From Octopus bimaculoides (taxonomy: Eukaryota): a DNA stretch of 64,000 nt. Of this stretch, positions 37,268-50,425 are shown piece after piece. A program made the position numbers and the translations under genes. Position 1 is the stretch's first letter, and each line of letters starts with the position of its first letter. The notes below the pieces were generated by a model that saw only the letters and a list, made by a program, of their open reading frames with translations, was not told where the DNA came from and searched no databases. The stretch is taken from contig NC_068982.1 of the NCBI RefSeq assembly GCF_001194135.2, forward strand, positions 10,968,617 to 11,032,616. The letters run 5' to 3'.

Positions 37268-37462
37268 ATTTCAAATTTTGGCATAAGGCCAGCAATTTGG
37301 GGCGAAGGGAGGTAAGTCGATTGCATCGATCCCAATACTCAACTGGTACTTATTATATCGACCCTGAAATGATGAAAGGCACAGTCGACCTCGGCGGAAT
37401 TTGAACTCAGAACGTAAAGACGGACGAAATGCCGTTAAGTATTCTGCCCGGCGTGCAGAACA
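37268..37462 (-). mobile_element. SINE family B
   Basis: caactggtacttattatatcgaccctgaaatgatgaaaggcacagtcgacctcggcggaatttgaactcagaacgtaaagac. Confidence 0.9.
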
Positions 37463-37780
37463 ACATAGAGTATTGAAAGCAGATACAACTAGCATGCAGT
37501 GTATTTTAAAGGTCAACTGTCGTGAATCGATATCAATATATTGAAGTTTTACCTGGGTGGTATGTTTGATATGCTGTCAATGATTACCAAACAAATACAA
37601 GCCTGCGATTTAAATGAATATTAAAACAAGTCAACTATTGAATAGAGAAATCATTGATTGATAACGGATATGATAATAGCTTAATAATAGCTTAATACAT
37701 ATGGGGGATTAAAGACAGTTGAAACTAGATGCAAAAGTTATTTTTTCATCGAAAGCTTCAGAAATGCTATTTTAGTTATA

Positions 37781-38008
37781 CTCTTTACTCTTTTACTCTT
37801 TTACTTGTTTCAGTCATTTGACTGTGGCCATGCTGGAGAACCGCCTTTAGTCGAGCAAATCAACCCCATGATTTATTCTTTGTAAGCCTAGTACTTATTC
37901 TATCGGTCTCTTTTGCCGAACCGCTAAGTTACGGGGACGTAAACACACCAGCATCGGTTGTCAAGCGATGTTGGGGAGACAAACAAACACACAAAGATAT
38001 ACATACAT

Positions 38009-38059
<51 letters not shown>

Positions 38060-38227
38060 AATACAACGGGCTTCTTTCCGTTTCTGTCTATGAAATCCAC
38101 TCACAAGGCTTTGGTCGGCCCGAGGCTATAGCAGAAGACACTCGCCCAAGGTGCCATGCAGTGGGACTGAACCGGGAACCATGTGGTTCGTAAGCAAACT
38201 ACTTACCACACACCCACTCCTACGCCT
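37781..38227 (-). mobile_element. SINE family A, full length with (aaaagagt)n tail
   Basis: Minus strand starts ggcgtaggagtgggtgtgtggtaagtagtttgcttacgaaccacatggttcccggttcagtcccactgcatggcaccttgggcgagtgtc and ends gactgaaacaagtaaaagagtaaaagag. Confidence 0.92.
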
Positions 38228-40479
38228 ATGATAATTGTTCTTATATAATGTTCTTGAATATTTTAAAAGCAAAAATAAAAATATGTAAGCCTTGTCAGTA
38301 AATTAATGTAAACGAGACATTCAAATTATCAGGGAACATTTTATAGCCTCCAGGTGTTGGTGATAATGAGAACAAACATTTTATTTGTCAGTTTAAACAG
38401 CATTGTTGTAAATTGATCATATAATGCCATATTCTATTGATCCGGAATTCACGCAGTTTCAAAATATTTTTAAAATGTTACTACATTGACAAATTAACGA
38501 TAATTCATAATTAAAAAGAAAAACACGGAAATATATTGCTGTGAGAAATCATGAAAAGAATCCTAAATACAAACCACTATCATAATGGTTGAAATACTGA
38601 ATTTTGTTGCCGAAGCTTAAAGTAATGCGAATGCTAGTCTTTAGTTTCGTTGGATTACCGTCAACTATGATAATAATTTTTGGCTGCATGAATGTCACAA
38701 CAACTAGGACCAACTGAATTATTCAAATAGAATCATTAAGCACTATTTATCTGATTTTCTAAGATAAATAGCTCAGCTCTGGATATCAAAGAAGTTCGTT
38801 ATCGACGAAATTAAATGAGGTCGAAACACCGTATCTGACGATTTTCTCGGCAAAATTCTGAGTGATTCCTGCATTTCTTAACACAGGAGTCTTTTTGACA
38901 AGTTTCTCTGAGACAAAATACCACACCTAATGCCATTCCACTTTTGTATAAACATTATAAACGGTACACACATCATTATTTTAATCTAATGCTGTTTTAA
39001 GCGCGGTTATCAACATAATTCTAGTCTGACCAGCTTCGCACAAATCAGTGCATTTATTAAGTTCTATAAATTGTTATATTTGATTTCTATAAATTGTTTC
39101 CAATAGCCGTAAATATTTTGGGAAAACACATTTGTATCTGGAATATTCACTGATTTAGATATTCGCAAATCTAGCCTAACTAGTTCATTGTTGACATAAC
39201 CGCATAAGCAAAGTGAATATAAATGCACATTTCACAACTTATTTCCTAACGCATCTATTTACCATATCGGCATATCATTTGACATTAAGTGCGTTAGCGA
39301 CGATTGATATTCTGGATGCTTCCGCACCAGTAAGTTCTTTTGGCCAGAGAATCAAATTTATCGTTTGCATGAAGCGGTCTGAATCAATTTCGGAGAAACA
39401 AATAAACCGCCTACTAAACAGTCATTTCACATGAGTTAACAACTATTGATTTTCATAAAAGAAAGGTGACTAACGCATTTATAAACAGACGTTCTATTTT
39501 AATGGTTGTCAGATGAAATATGCTGAATCTTTTGCTGACAGCCCATTTCACTAAGGATTAAAATTCTGTTGACATTTCTTAATAAGTTAGCAGCATACAT
39601 GTAATCCTTCTACTTATGTTTTAAGAATTATACAATCCGTATGCTTAATTCTTTTGTGCGTTAACCTAAATTTTATCAAAGACGAAAATGCATTTTGTAC
39701 ATTAGAATGAATTAAAACAATATTATTCCCTTTCAGTCTTCTATTTTTCTTTACTTCAATAATCCTTTTTTTAACACGTTCGTGTCAATAGAGTCATAGT
39801 CATATGGAGAATATAATTTTAATCAAAAGCTAAGTTATATCAGTTATTTTTTGCTACATTTTATGTAGAGAAAATGGAAATATTTTGAACAATATATTCT
39901 ATTTTCAACTATTTGATGGCAACATTAAATATCAGAGGAAGCTACTGGAACATATGACTGGAAGATGAAGCTAACAACAGAATCACAGTTACAATATCAT
40001 GAATGAAATAACTAAGTGGCTGTCTGGTATGATAAAGTAATTAAAATAATGTAATTAATTGCCTAACATCAAAGCAGAATTAGTCGAAATTCTTCAAAGA
40101 AATCAAATCTCTCATAGATATTCTAAACATTATTATTTTCATTGAATGTAATTTTATATCAAAAAGTATTTTAAGCATATTCAAAAATATATAACTACAA
40201 CAATTAAATCGAATAAAACAACAGCAATGACAAATGTATCCCCACTAATAGAAAATACAATAAATTATCCTTTATAATAAAATATTTCTTTATTTTTATG
40301 TATTTATCAAAACAGAACAGAGAAAATAAATTCGTTGCGAAAAATTAGATTTTTACAAGGAAACATCAAATATAAAAACATTATTGATTTTAAATAATAA
40401 CGGAGGCTTAACTATTTCCAACAATTTATCTTAATTTTATTATTGTGTTCGTCGTCATCACCAGTTAGGGCGACCTTGA

Positions 40480-40800
40480 TTATAGTATTTTTACCATGTC
40501 TGTAATGTTATATTTTTCTCACCTACATCTTCAAATTTATCAACCACACTTCTCTTACATTATCTCACCTAGCATCGTCTTTAATATCTTAATTTCGGCA
40601 AATATTTGTCTCCAAAAACATGTTTTAATATATATATTCAAATAATCAGATTCATATTTCATGAAATATTCAAGACTGTATTAGACAGCCGACAATCAAT
40701 ATTGTTGTTACCTTTTCTCTTCCTCAATATCTATCAAAAGTCCTGCTCCCCCAGCTTCGATAATGGTTTTCTCTTCTTTCGTTTCCATATTTTGCTTGTC
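40480..40800 (-). pseudogene. Possible highly decayed RTE-like LINE 3' remnant
   Basis: Minus-strand fragments SAV*YSLE and AEIKILKTMLG weakly resemble the post-RT LYG.E.W and EMRMLRW motifs. Heavily degenerate. Confidence 0.3.
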
Positions 40801-41131
40801 TATATTTCTCACGGGATATTATAAGGTCCACTCGTTTGACTCTACATAATCACATCTGTATAAAATAACTATTAATCACAGTCAAATCAATTAGATAACT
40901 CATTTATGATACCTGTTGTCACTGCCGTTGTGTAGCTCTTGGGTGCTCTGCTTGATTTGACTGCGGTTCACCGGTTTTCAATACACATAGATTTCTTATT
41001 CCAGATACGTCATTCGTTCTCCAGGCTGAATAGCGTGCTACACCTTCGAGCAGGAACTGATGAGTTTATGCGTAGTAGAGTGCGTAGACGGCACAAGTTT
41101 TCTTTACATTCTCTAATCTGCTTGTGTAACC

Positions 41132-41177
41132 TGCTACTGCTGTTGCTGTTGTTATTGTTGTTGCTGCTGCTGCTGCC
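41132..41177. repeat. Imperfect (CTG/TTG)n trinucleotide repeat
   Basis: ctgctactgctgttgctgttgttattgttgttgctgctgctgctgcc. Confidence 0.85.
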
Positions 41178-43187
41178 AGCTCCGATAAGGCAAACTTTCG
41201 ATCAAAGTCACTCCAACCGTAACCATCTCATTTTATATTCAAATTCAGTATAGCCCAAAGCAAACTATACAGTGTATCATGTTTTTTCAGACAGTAGAGT
41301 ATGATATTAATGATATTTAGTTGCACCTTATAGTAGGTCGAACCAGCAGATAGAAGTTCTCTTTCCCGTATCCATAGAGGATACGGGCAATATGGAAGTA
41401 GTTGGAGCATGACAGAAACTGTTTCTCTGTAACTATCCATTGGTGGTATGTATTTCAGTACAACGCTCGGAGTTAATAGGATCTTGGATGCTACAACTAT
41501 TTCTGTGTATGGGAGAATTTTTTCTTTTATTATTATCCGGCATAACTGAAAAGATGATACATTCAAAATACTGTTGTGACAGTATTCAGAGGGTTGCATA
41601 TGTGCCTGAATGTTTGGGGGGTTATTTTTTCATAGTGGAGATAATTGTAACATTGAGGCATGCTCCAGTAATATACTGTTTCCTTTGCATATGATATCGT
41701 TCATAAAACCAATCATTACATTAATAAGGTAGGAAACTGTAGACATTTCATAACTGAAAGATTTCCAATTCTGAAGAAACCTGCGACATCCCTTAACCAG
41801 AGATCTTTAGTATTTTCCTATTGCTTCCACTAGCAAAGATTCCAACTGGAAATGGCCAACTGACACTTAAAACTCACTACTTATAGAATCAGATTTAGCT
41901 TGTTACAGACAGCCTCGAGGATTCATTACCTAGAACGGCAATAACTTTAAACGAAATTGTATCTCTCCACATCACTAATACAAGATGAGGGACTCCACAG
42001 TCTGCAACAAATCAGATTACGTGACCAGACTTAACCAATGAGATCTCGCCTTGCAAGTGTTTCTTTGCATTTATCTCTATCATCTGGATGAGCATAAACA
42101 TGTACTTTGTGTGCATGCAGATGTGGAACTGGAATTGTTTTTGCATAAATATTTTTTTTTAATTTATGCATACACATGCGTATGTCTGGCAACTTCGATT
42201 TAATGGACAAATAGGAGACTGTCGGTCCGCTAATGCCGAAAGTCCATTAAATCAAAAACGAACTAATAAGACATTTTTGTTGTTTTTGATGCGAAAAACT
42301 ATAAAAATAATAACTTTAGAACATTATTTAAAAAAAAATATGCAGCTCGTATTTACAATTTAGACAAATCATTGAAAATATTATATCACAACTTTACTAG
42401 TGGTACAGTATTTTTTCTTTAATATCTGAAGTTTGATGTGAAAAGGAATCTTCAGCTTCAAACATTTCTAAAATATTCACAAGTGGGAGCACAGGTAAAA
42501 TAATTATGCGTAATGTTGCATAATGGATATAGTATTCCATCAACTAAAGCTACCTGCAGTTTTTATACAAGCACGAATGTATATGATAAGGATACTCTCT
42601 CTAATTCCCTTTTCTCCTCCCCTTCACCGTTTTCTATCTGTCTCTCTGTCTCTCTCTCTCTTTCTCCGTTTCTCTCTCTCTCTCTCCTTGCTCACACGTA
42701 ACCATCGTCCATTTTTCTCTTCCTCGCGTGATCATCTTTTCTTTCAGGACTGTCTTAAGGACAGCGCATATCCTATCTCTCTCTTCTGTCTTTTCTCTTG
42801 TCGAAGAAAATATTTCTCCAGCGTTCGCTATTTTACCCTCGTTGTGGTCTAACGACCCTCCATGATTAATTTCGTTCGGTTTCTTTGTATGTTTCCATTG
42901 TGCTGTTTTTCCCAACTTTGACCCTCCATAAATCCCAAATTTTATTTTGGTACGTATGGGAGCAACTGTCTTTGAAAACTCATGTTGTTGTTCAATGCTC
43001 GAAATGAGGAGTAGATAGACAGCAGAGAACTGATGAAGGGTCATTCTTTATGTTACTTGTCATGTTTTCCATTTGTTTCTCTTGTTGTTTGCGTATTGAA
43101 CTCATTTGCTTTCGTATTTCATGTTGTTTACTATTGGTGATGTCCTGTACCCATATATGCATATATGCATATATACATATGCAAATT

Positions 43188-43229
<42 letters not shown>

Positions 43230-43901
43230 NNNNNNNNNNNNNNNNNNNNNNNNNNNNNNNNNNNNNNNNNNNNNNNNNNNNNNNNNNNNNNNNNNNNNNN
43301 NNNNNNNNNNNNNNNNNNNNNNNNNNNNNNNNNNNNNNNNNNNNNNNNNNNNNNNNNNNNNNNNNNNNNNNNNNNNNNNNNNNNNNNNNNNNNNNNNNNN
43401 NNNNNNNNNNNNNNNNNNNNNNNNNNNNNNNNNNNNNNNNNNNNNNNNNNNNNNNNNNNNNNNNNNNNNNNNNNNNNNNNNNNNNNNNNNNNNNNNNNNN
43501 NNNNNNNNNNNNNNNNNNNNNNNNNNNNNNNNNNNNNNNNNNNNNNNNNNNNNNNNNNNNNNNNNNNNNNNNNNNNNNNNNNNNNNNNNNNNNNNNNNNN
43601 NNNNNNNNNNNNNNNNNNNNNNNNNNNNNNNNNNNNNNNNNNNNNNNNNNNNNNNNNNNNNNNNNNNNNNNNNNNNNNNNGATTTTCTTGTCCAATTTTA
43701 AATAAACTCTTTAGAAAACAAGGGGAAATATCTCTACTGATGTATTCACAGAACTATAACGAGCCTCGTTATAGGATCATTATCATCGTTCTTTTTCCTT
43801 CTCTGTTAACAGTTTTACTTCCTCATTTTCTCTGTTAAGCATGGTGCTGTGTATAGAGAGTGCTGAAACTTTAGTGTACACATTTTTAATTTACCCATCC
43901 C

Positions 43902-44460
43902 GAAATAACAAAGTTCATAGAATCGACCAAAAACAAAAGAAAAGTAGTTGATGAAAGTAATTACATCTACGATTTTCATTCAAGCAATACAAAACTAGGA
44001 AAAGAATACTGTGGATGTGAGAAAAGAAGTCTATGTCCAGTGCGAATTCACACCGTAACAGAAAACAATGAACCGAAAATTATTTATTTTTCTAGTGAGC
44101 ATCTTCATCCAGCTGATGTAGATTCGTTTCATGCTAGAAAAGCAGTTTCAGAAATAAAGCATGAAGTGGTGGAAAACTTAGCAGAAAGTTCGCGTAGCAT
44201 AATAGCGGCTAAGTTTACGCAGCCAACAGAAAATACTTGCTCACAGCTTACTCGTTTACTTGTACTTTCCAGGATTATTCAAAGATGCTGACAAAAAAGT
44301 TCTGGATTTCCAGCTAATCCAGGGGCTAGAGCTGGTTTTGAAATGACTGAAGGCTATTGTAAACTTGATAATAGCGAACAGTTTCTGAGATACGGTTCGG
44401 GTATCGAAGATCAACAGCGCATACTAGTATTTGCATGAGAAAATATTCTTTAGGATATAG
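43902..44460 (+). pseudogene. Mutator-like (MULE) transposase N-terminal remnant with FLYWCH zinc finger
   Basis: Frame from 43902 reads EITKFIESTKNKRKVVDESNYIYDFHSSNTKLGKEYCGCEKRSLCPVRIHTVTENNEPKIIYFSSEHLH (F/Y...Y[W]xC-x5-C...H-x-H pattern). Later FLRYGSGIEDQQRILVFA* resembles the MULE RILIF motif. Stops are present. Confidence 0.7.
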
Positions 44461-44467
44461 CATCATA

Positions 44468-44900
44468 TATTCACCATTACCATCTCTCGAGCTTGCTGAA
44501 TCTTATCGTCGATGTTGGATGTTGACGGACGTCTTGCTCCCTCTTCGTGCATCACGCTTGTCCCACCACATTTAAAATTGCCGATCCACTCATACACACT
44601 TCTATGCAGTTTGCATTGTTCCCGTATTGTGCTAAAAGCCTCCGATGAATTTCAGCACCTGACACACCTTTCGACCAGAGAAATTGGATCACTGCTCTTT
44701 GTTCTTCTTTGGTGCACATTGCTACGAGGTCAGCCATGCTTTACACTGTAAAGCCAGAACGAAAAATGGCACGATCAGGCTCAAACTTCGATCACGTGGC
44801 CACAATAGTACCAACTATAAGCACGCACGTGCAGAAGGCTGTGTGACAATAATAAAGATATGTTATGGCGAACGTGCGGATAATTTCTTACCTGCCCTCG
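44468..44900 (-). mobile_element. 3'-truncated mariner element (5' TIR and transposase N-terminus)
   Basis: TIR-like end ...cttacctgccctcg followed by TA (44901-44902). ORF MADLVAMCTKEEQRAVIQFLWSKGVSGAEIHRRLLAQYG is a typical mariner HTH start and continues by frameshift toward GRPSTS...AREMVM. Confidence 0.8.
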
Positions 44901-44924
44901 TATATATAAATATGCACATATATA

Positions 44925-46154
44925 CGAGGGGTGTTTATTAAAGATTTCTCCTGACCCACTTCCCAAGGACTAGGACAAGCGAAACTTGGCCTAATTGTTA
45001 GTCCTTCTCTACATAGCCACCACCAATGGTGACGCACTTTTCCCCATCGCTTTATGCAGCTGTGAAGACTTCTTCTGTAGAAGTCGGTAGGTTGCGTCTG
45101 GAACCAAGACTTTACTTCGGAAACAAATCCATCATTATCCGAAAAGTACTTCCCCTTCAAAAAAGACTTCATGATTAGAAAGAGATGGAAGTCAGATGGT
45201 GCGGGGTTGGGAGAGTAAGGGGGATGAAGAAGGATTTCACAGCCGCAGGACTGTACTTTCATCTGGGCAACATGCACATTGTGATCTGGGGTGTTGTCTT
45301 GCAGGATGCGGACTCTTTTGGTTAGCATGCCACGCCTCTCTGCGTTGATGGCGCCCTGCAATTTCAGCAGCAGAATAGCATATGACCCGTTAGTTGCGGT
45401 GTCCTTTGCCAGAAGATCCATCATCACTACTCCGTGCTTGCTCAAAAGACCTTGCCTGCTGAGGTCTGGACACGAGCCTTCTTTGGGGGTGGTGAGTTAT
45501 CATGCTTTTACTGCTACGGCTGGACTTTTGACACAGGGTCATAGCGATGGACCCATGTTTCATCCTGTGTGATAAGTTTGATGAAAAAGTCCTATTTTTC
45601 TTGGCACATTGCTAAAAGTGCCTGGGAGCAATTTACTCGATCTTGCTTCTGAAAAGGTGTGAGCATCCTATGAATCCATCATGCAAACAATTTCCACATG
45701 TGCAAATAGTCGTGAACTATTTTTTCTACAGACCCTACACTTGTCTTCACTTCTTGGGCTGGTTGCCGAATAGTTATGCGGCGATCTTCCAAAATGGCGG
45801 CTTCCACCTTATGGACGGTGCCATCATCAATGGCGGAATGTAATCGTCCAGGAATAGGAGCAGTTTCCATCTATGTCCGACCACATTTGAACTGGCGATG
45901 CCAGTACTTGTCTACGTCGTATGATGGAGTATCGTCACCATAAACGTCTTTCGTCTCATCGAAAGTCTCTTTTGATGTACAGCCTTTCACGTTTAAGGAC
46001 CTGATCACTGATTTACATTCAACTGCCTCCATTATAACACCTTAGTCCACTTGTGACATTTAGAGACATATATGATTACACCTGTACAAGTTCTGTTTCC
46101 TGCAATACCGGAGGTGGGTCAGGAGAAATAATGAACTAATGAACACCCCTCAGG
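44925..46154 (-). mobile_element. Full-length but decayed mariner (D,D34D) element, about 1.23 kb, with both TIRs and TA target-site duplication
   Basis: TA|cgaggggtgtttatta..gatttctcctgacccacttcc (44925) and ggaggtgggtcaggagaaat..aatgaacacccctcagg|TA (46154). Minus-strand motifs: LEDRRITIRQ (HTH), ITQDETWVH, LQDNTPDH, and HPPYSPNPAPSDF with 34 residues between the 2nd and 3rd Asp. Multiple stops. Confidence 0.93.
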
Positions 46155-49100
46155 TATATATATGTATATNNNNNNNNNNNNNNNNNNNNNNNNNNNNNNN
46201 NNNNNNNNNNNNNNNNNNNNNNNNNNNNNNNNNNNNNNNNNNNNNNNNNNNNNNNNNNNNNNNNNNNNNNNNNNNNNNNNNNNNNNNNNNNNNNNNNNNN
46301 NNNNNNNNNNNNNNNNNNNNNNNNNNNNNNNNNNNNNNNNNNNNNNNNNNNNNNNNNNNNNNNNNNNNNNNNNNNNNNNNNNNNNNNNNNNNNNNNNNNN
46401 NNNNNNNNNNNNNNNNNNNNNNNNNNNNNNNNNNNNNNNNNNNNNNNNNNNNNNNNNNNNNNNNNNNNNNNNNNNNNNNNNNNNNNNNNNNNNNNNNNNN
46501 NNNNNNNNNNNNNNNNNNNNNNNNNNNNNNNNNNNNNNNNNNNNNNNNNNNNNNNNNNNNNNNNNNNNNNNNNNNNNNNNNNNNNNNNNNNNNNNNNNNN
46601 NNNNNNNNNNNNNNNNNNNNNNNNNNNNNNNNNNNNNNNNNNNNNNNNNNNNNNNNNNNNNNATATATATATATATACATGCATACATACATACATACAC
46701 ACATACATATGTGTGCACATTCAGTTTGCTTTAATCATCGCAGCTATACCATGCTATCTACATCTTCGTGTGTGTGTACGCGCGCGTCTGTGTCTGTGTG
46801 TCTGTGTCTGTGTGTACGTGCATGCGTGTATGTGTGTGCGTGTGTGTGTTCTGAAAAGCTGCTAATTCGAATGAGATAACTGAACGGTTTCATAGAACTC
46901 CATGTTAATCCATGTATATCGAACTTCCAAACAGATATTAAACGTAAATTATCCTCAGATTTTCGTTTGTAAGTTATGATGTCTAATTTTACATTTTTGT
47001 GTGTATGTGCTCAGTTTGTTTTAGCCATCGCAGCTAAACCATGTTCTGTCTCCATCTTCCTATATGTGTGCATGCGTAGGAGGTGTTTTTAATCGATTTT
47101 AGCCATTCAATTTCACGAACACTACTTATGTCCTTTGAACATCTTATAAACTCAATTCTATTCATCTAGCAGTCTGGAGCACTGAAGCAGAATGGTAAAG
47201 TGAATACATTATCAGACCAACAGTTGGAGTGCTAGTTCTAACTTAGTAAAAGTGGTTAATTGGATTTCCATTCATTTAGCTTATTTAAGTGGAATATCGG
47301 TAAAATACTCTTCCGGTAAATTCCCCGTTTCATGCTAACGTTTTATCTAATACCTAGTGTGTTTCGTTCATCTGTTTAACGTTACATAAAGTGTAGTACA
47401 CAAAACAAGTATTTTGAGTTTGATGTTATATATGTGTATGTGTACTGTGTTTTAACTTAATAGTTTGCATTTATTTTGTCAAGTTAAACCGTAGTATGTC
47501 AAATGCGAACAGAATTAATAAAATTTGTGTTATTTTTATAAATCTTCATTGAAGTAATTACTAAATCTTTTTTATGTGTGGATGTGATTTATTGCCATAA
47601 CATCATGTGATATAATTCGATCTAGGCAATGATAACCACCTTAACTAGTATTTAATTTCCAATATAATGCATTTCACCGTTTACCTGTCTCTCTCTTCCT
47701 ACCTGCTCAACAGGTAAGCATAGAAGAGGTGTTAACATTTACATAGAACCAGGAACTCGAACTCGTTACTCTTTGACTGGGAGAAAACACATTATTTTCT
47801 CTGCTACAGTGACTTCTCATTTCTTAGTCGATGCAGCTCTTCAAATAAACCCTCATGATGATTGGTTATTAAGATATCAAAATAAAAATTGTTATATTTG
47901 AGGATGGACGTGTTTTTCCAATAAACACACGCATTATTTATTTGATCTTCACTCTAGCTTTATTATTAGTTTGTTTATTTGTCAGAGCTCTTTCGTCTCA
48001 CATTCTGTGACCTCTTCAATGACTTTCTATTTCTCGAGTCTTCTTTCCTCTCTGCTCTTGTCTTCTCTATTCCACTTTGTCAGTGTTGTGTATCCCTCTC
48101 TGCGCATGCATTTGCGTCAATATCGTTGCGTGCGTGTTTATGTGTTTCGTGTGTGTATGTGTGTCACTTGAAACATGTTTTATAGTAATAAGTATAAACA
48201 CTATTTTTTCTGAATTACTTCATAAACTGAAGTTATTTATGACTTGTTAACCTACAATAAATTAGAAAAAAAATAGATCCTTTGTTTATTTCTGCTCACA
48301 ATCCAGCTTTGAGAAAAGTTAGCGAGCAAATTGGGGCGCAACAGGTTATGAAACCAGGAAAGAATTTCCGTGCTGAATTAAAATCCTGGTCTAGATGTAA
48401 AATACAGAAGAATTCTGAATTCAATGCTACAGATCTGCAACGGGGTTTAGAATTTAATCGCTTCCATTATAAATTGTCAGGATAATACCATTAACTTCTA
48501 GATTACCAATTATCAGAGTATTACTAACCTGGCATGCTTCCCAATAAGATAATTTAGTTTGGAACAGTTATTCTACTATTTCGTTTACCATATGAGCTAA
48601 ATCTAGTGTATAAAGTAAAGCAATTAAGTAAGGTTTATAGAAAAGACTGGAAAGTAACGGAAACGTTATCGAATGTAAAACATCATATAAATACAAGTCT
48701 AACGGACTCTTTTCAAATATATTGCATTCGATAACCTTCAGGCCTCAATATTCAGAACACAAGTCTGTTTTCCTCCGTATTTTCCTATGAACACTGATTC
48801 AGTAGGCGCCTAAAATTTTAACACTGTCATATAGCCTGAGAATGGTTTAGCGTATGTGGTATAGTGTATGTAAGCCGAGTCCTTGACTCAGTTTTTGATG
48901 AACGGCTGTAGTTAATAATTCAAGTCAATTTATTCACTAATATCTTCCGACAGGGCTCTTACGCAGCATCCTGTCGTTTACCATAAAATATGTTGGGCTT
49001 CAGTTAATATCTCGTCAATGTATTCTCGTTCTGACACATCGAGAAATAGCGATGCTTTTAAGAAGCAAATGTAGTTGTCAATTTTCTGTCTATCGAATGC

Positions 49101-49345
49101 CAGAAAAATACTATTTTTCACCATCATACGGCAAATTCGTGTTCTTTTCTGTATTGAGTTATTAGGTTATCTTGACATGAAATCTATTTCCTTTGAATAT
49201 GAAAACCACACATTTGCAACAAAGGGAGATTATTTTCTAGATAATCAATGTTCACTATAATTATTTTGCCAGTAATCAAATCTAAACTGATATACGATTC
49301 AAATTTATTTCTCATTAATATAACGGGAAGTCAGAAAGTTATCTG

Positions 49346-49381
49346 AAATATAACATGACTAATATTAGTCATGTTATATTT
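49346..49381. repeat. Perfect 36-bp palindrome without loop
   Basis: aaatataacatgactaat|attagtcatgttatattt. Confidence 0.95.
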
Positions 49382-50269
49382 TAAATTAAAACAACATAAC
49401 TGCACAAATTAACTGTTTTCATTACCATATATTATATCTGACCTATTGGGGCTACAAACGTCCTTGGAATAAATTTATAAATAGATAGTTCAATAAATTC
49501 ATTTACTCTATCTAAATCAGTTTCAATAGCATGAATATTTTTTTTACATCACTATTAATCAATATTATGTTTATTTTTCTAAATTTTATCCTTGAGATGT
49601 AATGAAATTATCAATGATGTATTTTATTTTCTTAACTCATATGAGAAGGTTTTTTTTTTTCTATATTTAAAGTTTCTAACACCCACTTAATTTTATTCAA
49701 TAGCTTCCAGTTTCACTGTAGTTTATGAAGTAGATGTCTATCACCAGTTGCCTTTCATCTTTCTCTTTTTTTCTTTTTTTAGAAACGCATTTCTAAAACA
49801 CAAGAACTTTTCCATTCATTTATTTTATTTTCCAATTACAAATATGAAAGATTTTAGCTGAATATTAGATTCATTAATTTCTTCGATTACACTCCTCTTA
49901 CCAGTCTAGAAGGACATAAAAAGGCCTATAGGCACTGTTTCTCTATTGTTGAGCCATTAAAACAAACAAAAAAAGACAGTGTTTTTGTGAGTTAGTCTTC
50001 AAGTTACTGTTCTTATAAAAAAAGAAAAATACTAAATAAACAGAAAATATTCTGTTTCAATCATCCTGGCTGTTAGAAACGTTATGTCAATTGAATTTAG
50101 TAATAACTGATTAATTCTGACACTAACTTTGAAGAAATTAGTCATAAAGGATATTTCAAATCATGAGAAGTGAGAAATACGATTTTCACCCTTTCCAGTT
50201 TTCAGTCTCAGGTTTATCCATCATTCATGCTAGTAATCATTTGTTTTTTATTTTGTGTGCATGGCTGGG

Positions 50270-50425
50270 GGTCTAAAACGCTTGCTCTGCGACTACTTTG
50301 TTTCAGGTTCGACATCTCTGCACGGCACCTTGAACAAGTATCTTATGCCAAAGCATCAAGTCGATTAAAATTCTTGTAAATGAAATTTACTTAGCAGAAA
50401 CTAGAAGTCCGTCGGATTAAGTGTA
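50270..50425 (+). mobile_element. Old degenerate SINE family A 5' half
   Basis: ttgtttcaggttcgacatctctgcacggcaccttgaacaagtatctt...gcagaaactagaagtccgtcg. Confidence 0.55.

Noticed and set aside
41057-41100. CUGAUGAG followed by a hairpin; similar partial cores at 9282, 21135, 43030, 52328 and 57842
   Set aside because: No GAAA core or no pairable stems I and III.
40939-41694. ORFs around the CTG/TTG repeat (poly-L, poly-Q, poly-S/N frames)
   Set aside because: All frames are interrupted by stops or lack convincing splice signals, so no coherent exon could be defined.
41990-42060. Promoter-like CCAAT/ACGTG motifs; CpG-rich stretch at 52580-52780
   Set aside because: Such short motifs are expected by chance and there is no transcription start evidence.
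42634-43044. Minus ORF with Walker-A-like IKFGIYGGSKLGKT
   Set aside because: No downstream G-box or Walker B motifs and no good splice sites. The ORF runs into a GA microsatellite, and atggagggtc is locally duplicated. Probably chance.
48982-49148. Candidate minus-strand exon KRTRICRMMVKNSIFLAFDRQKIDNYICFLKASLFLDVSEREYIDEILTEAQHILW
   Set aside because: It has an open frame with AG/GT ends, but the acceptor is weak and no family is recognised. It cannot be supported without RNA data.
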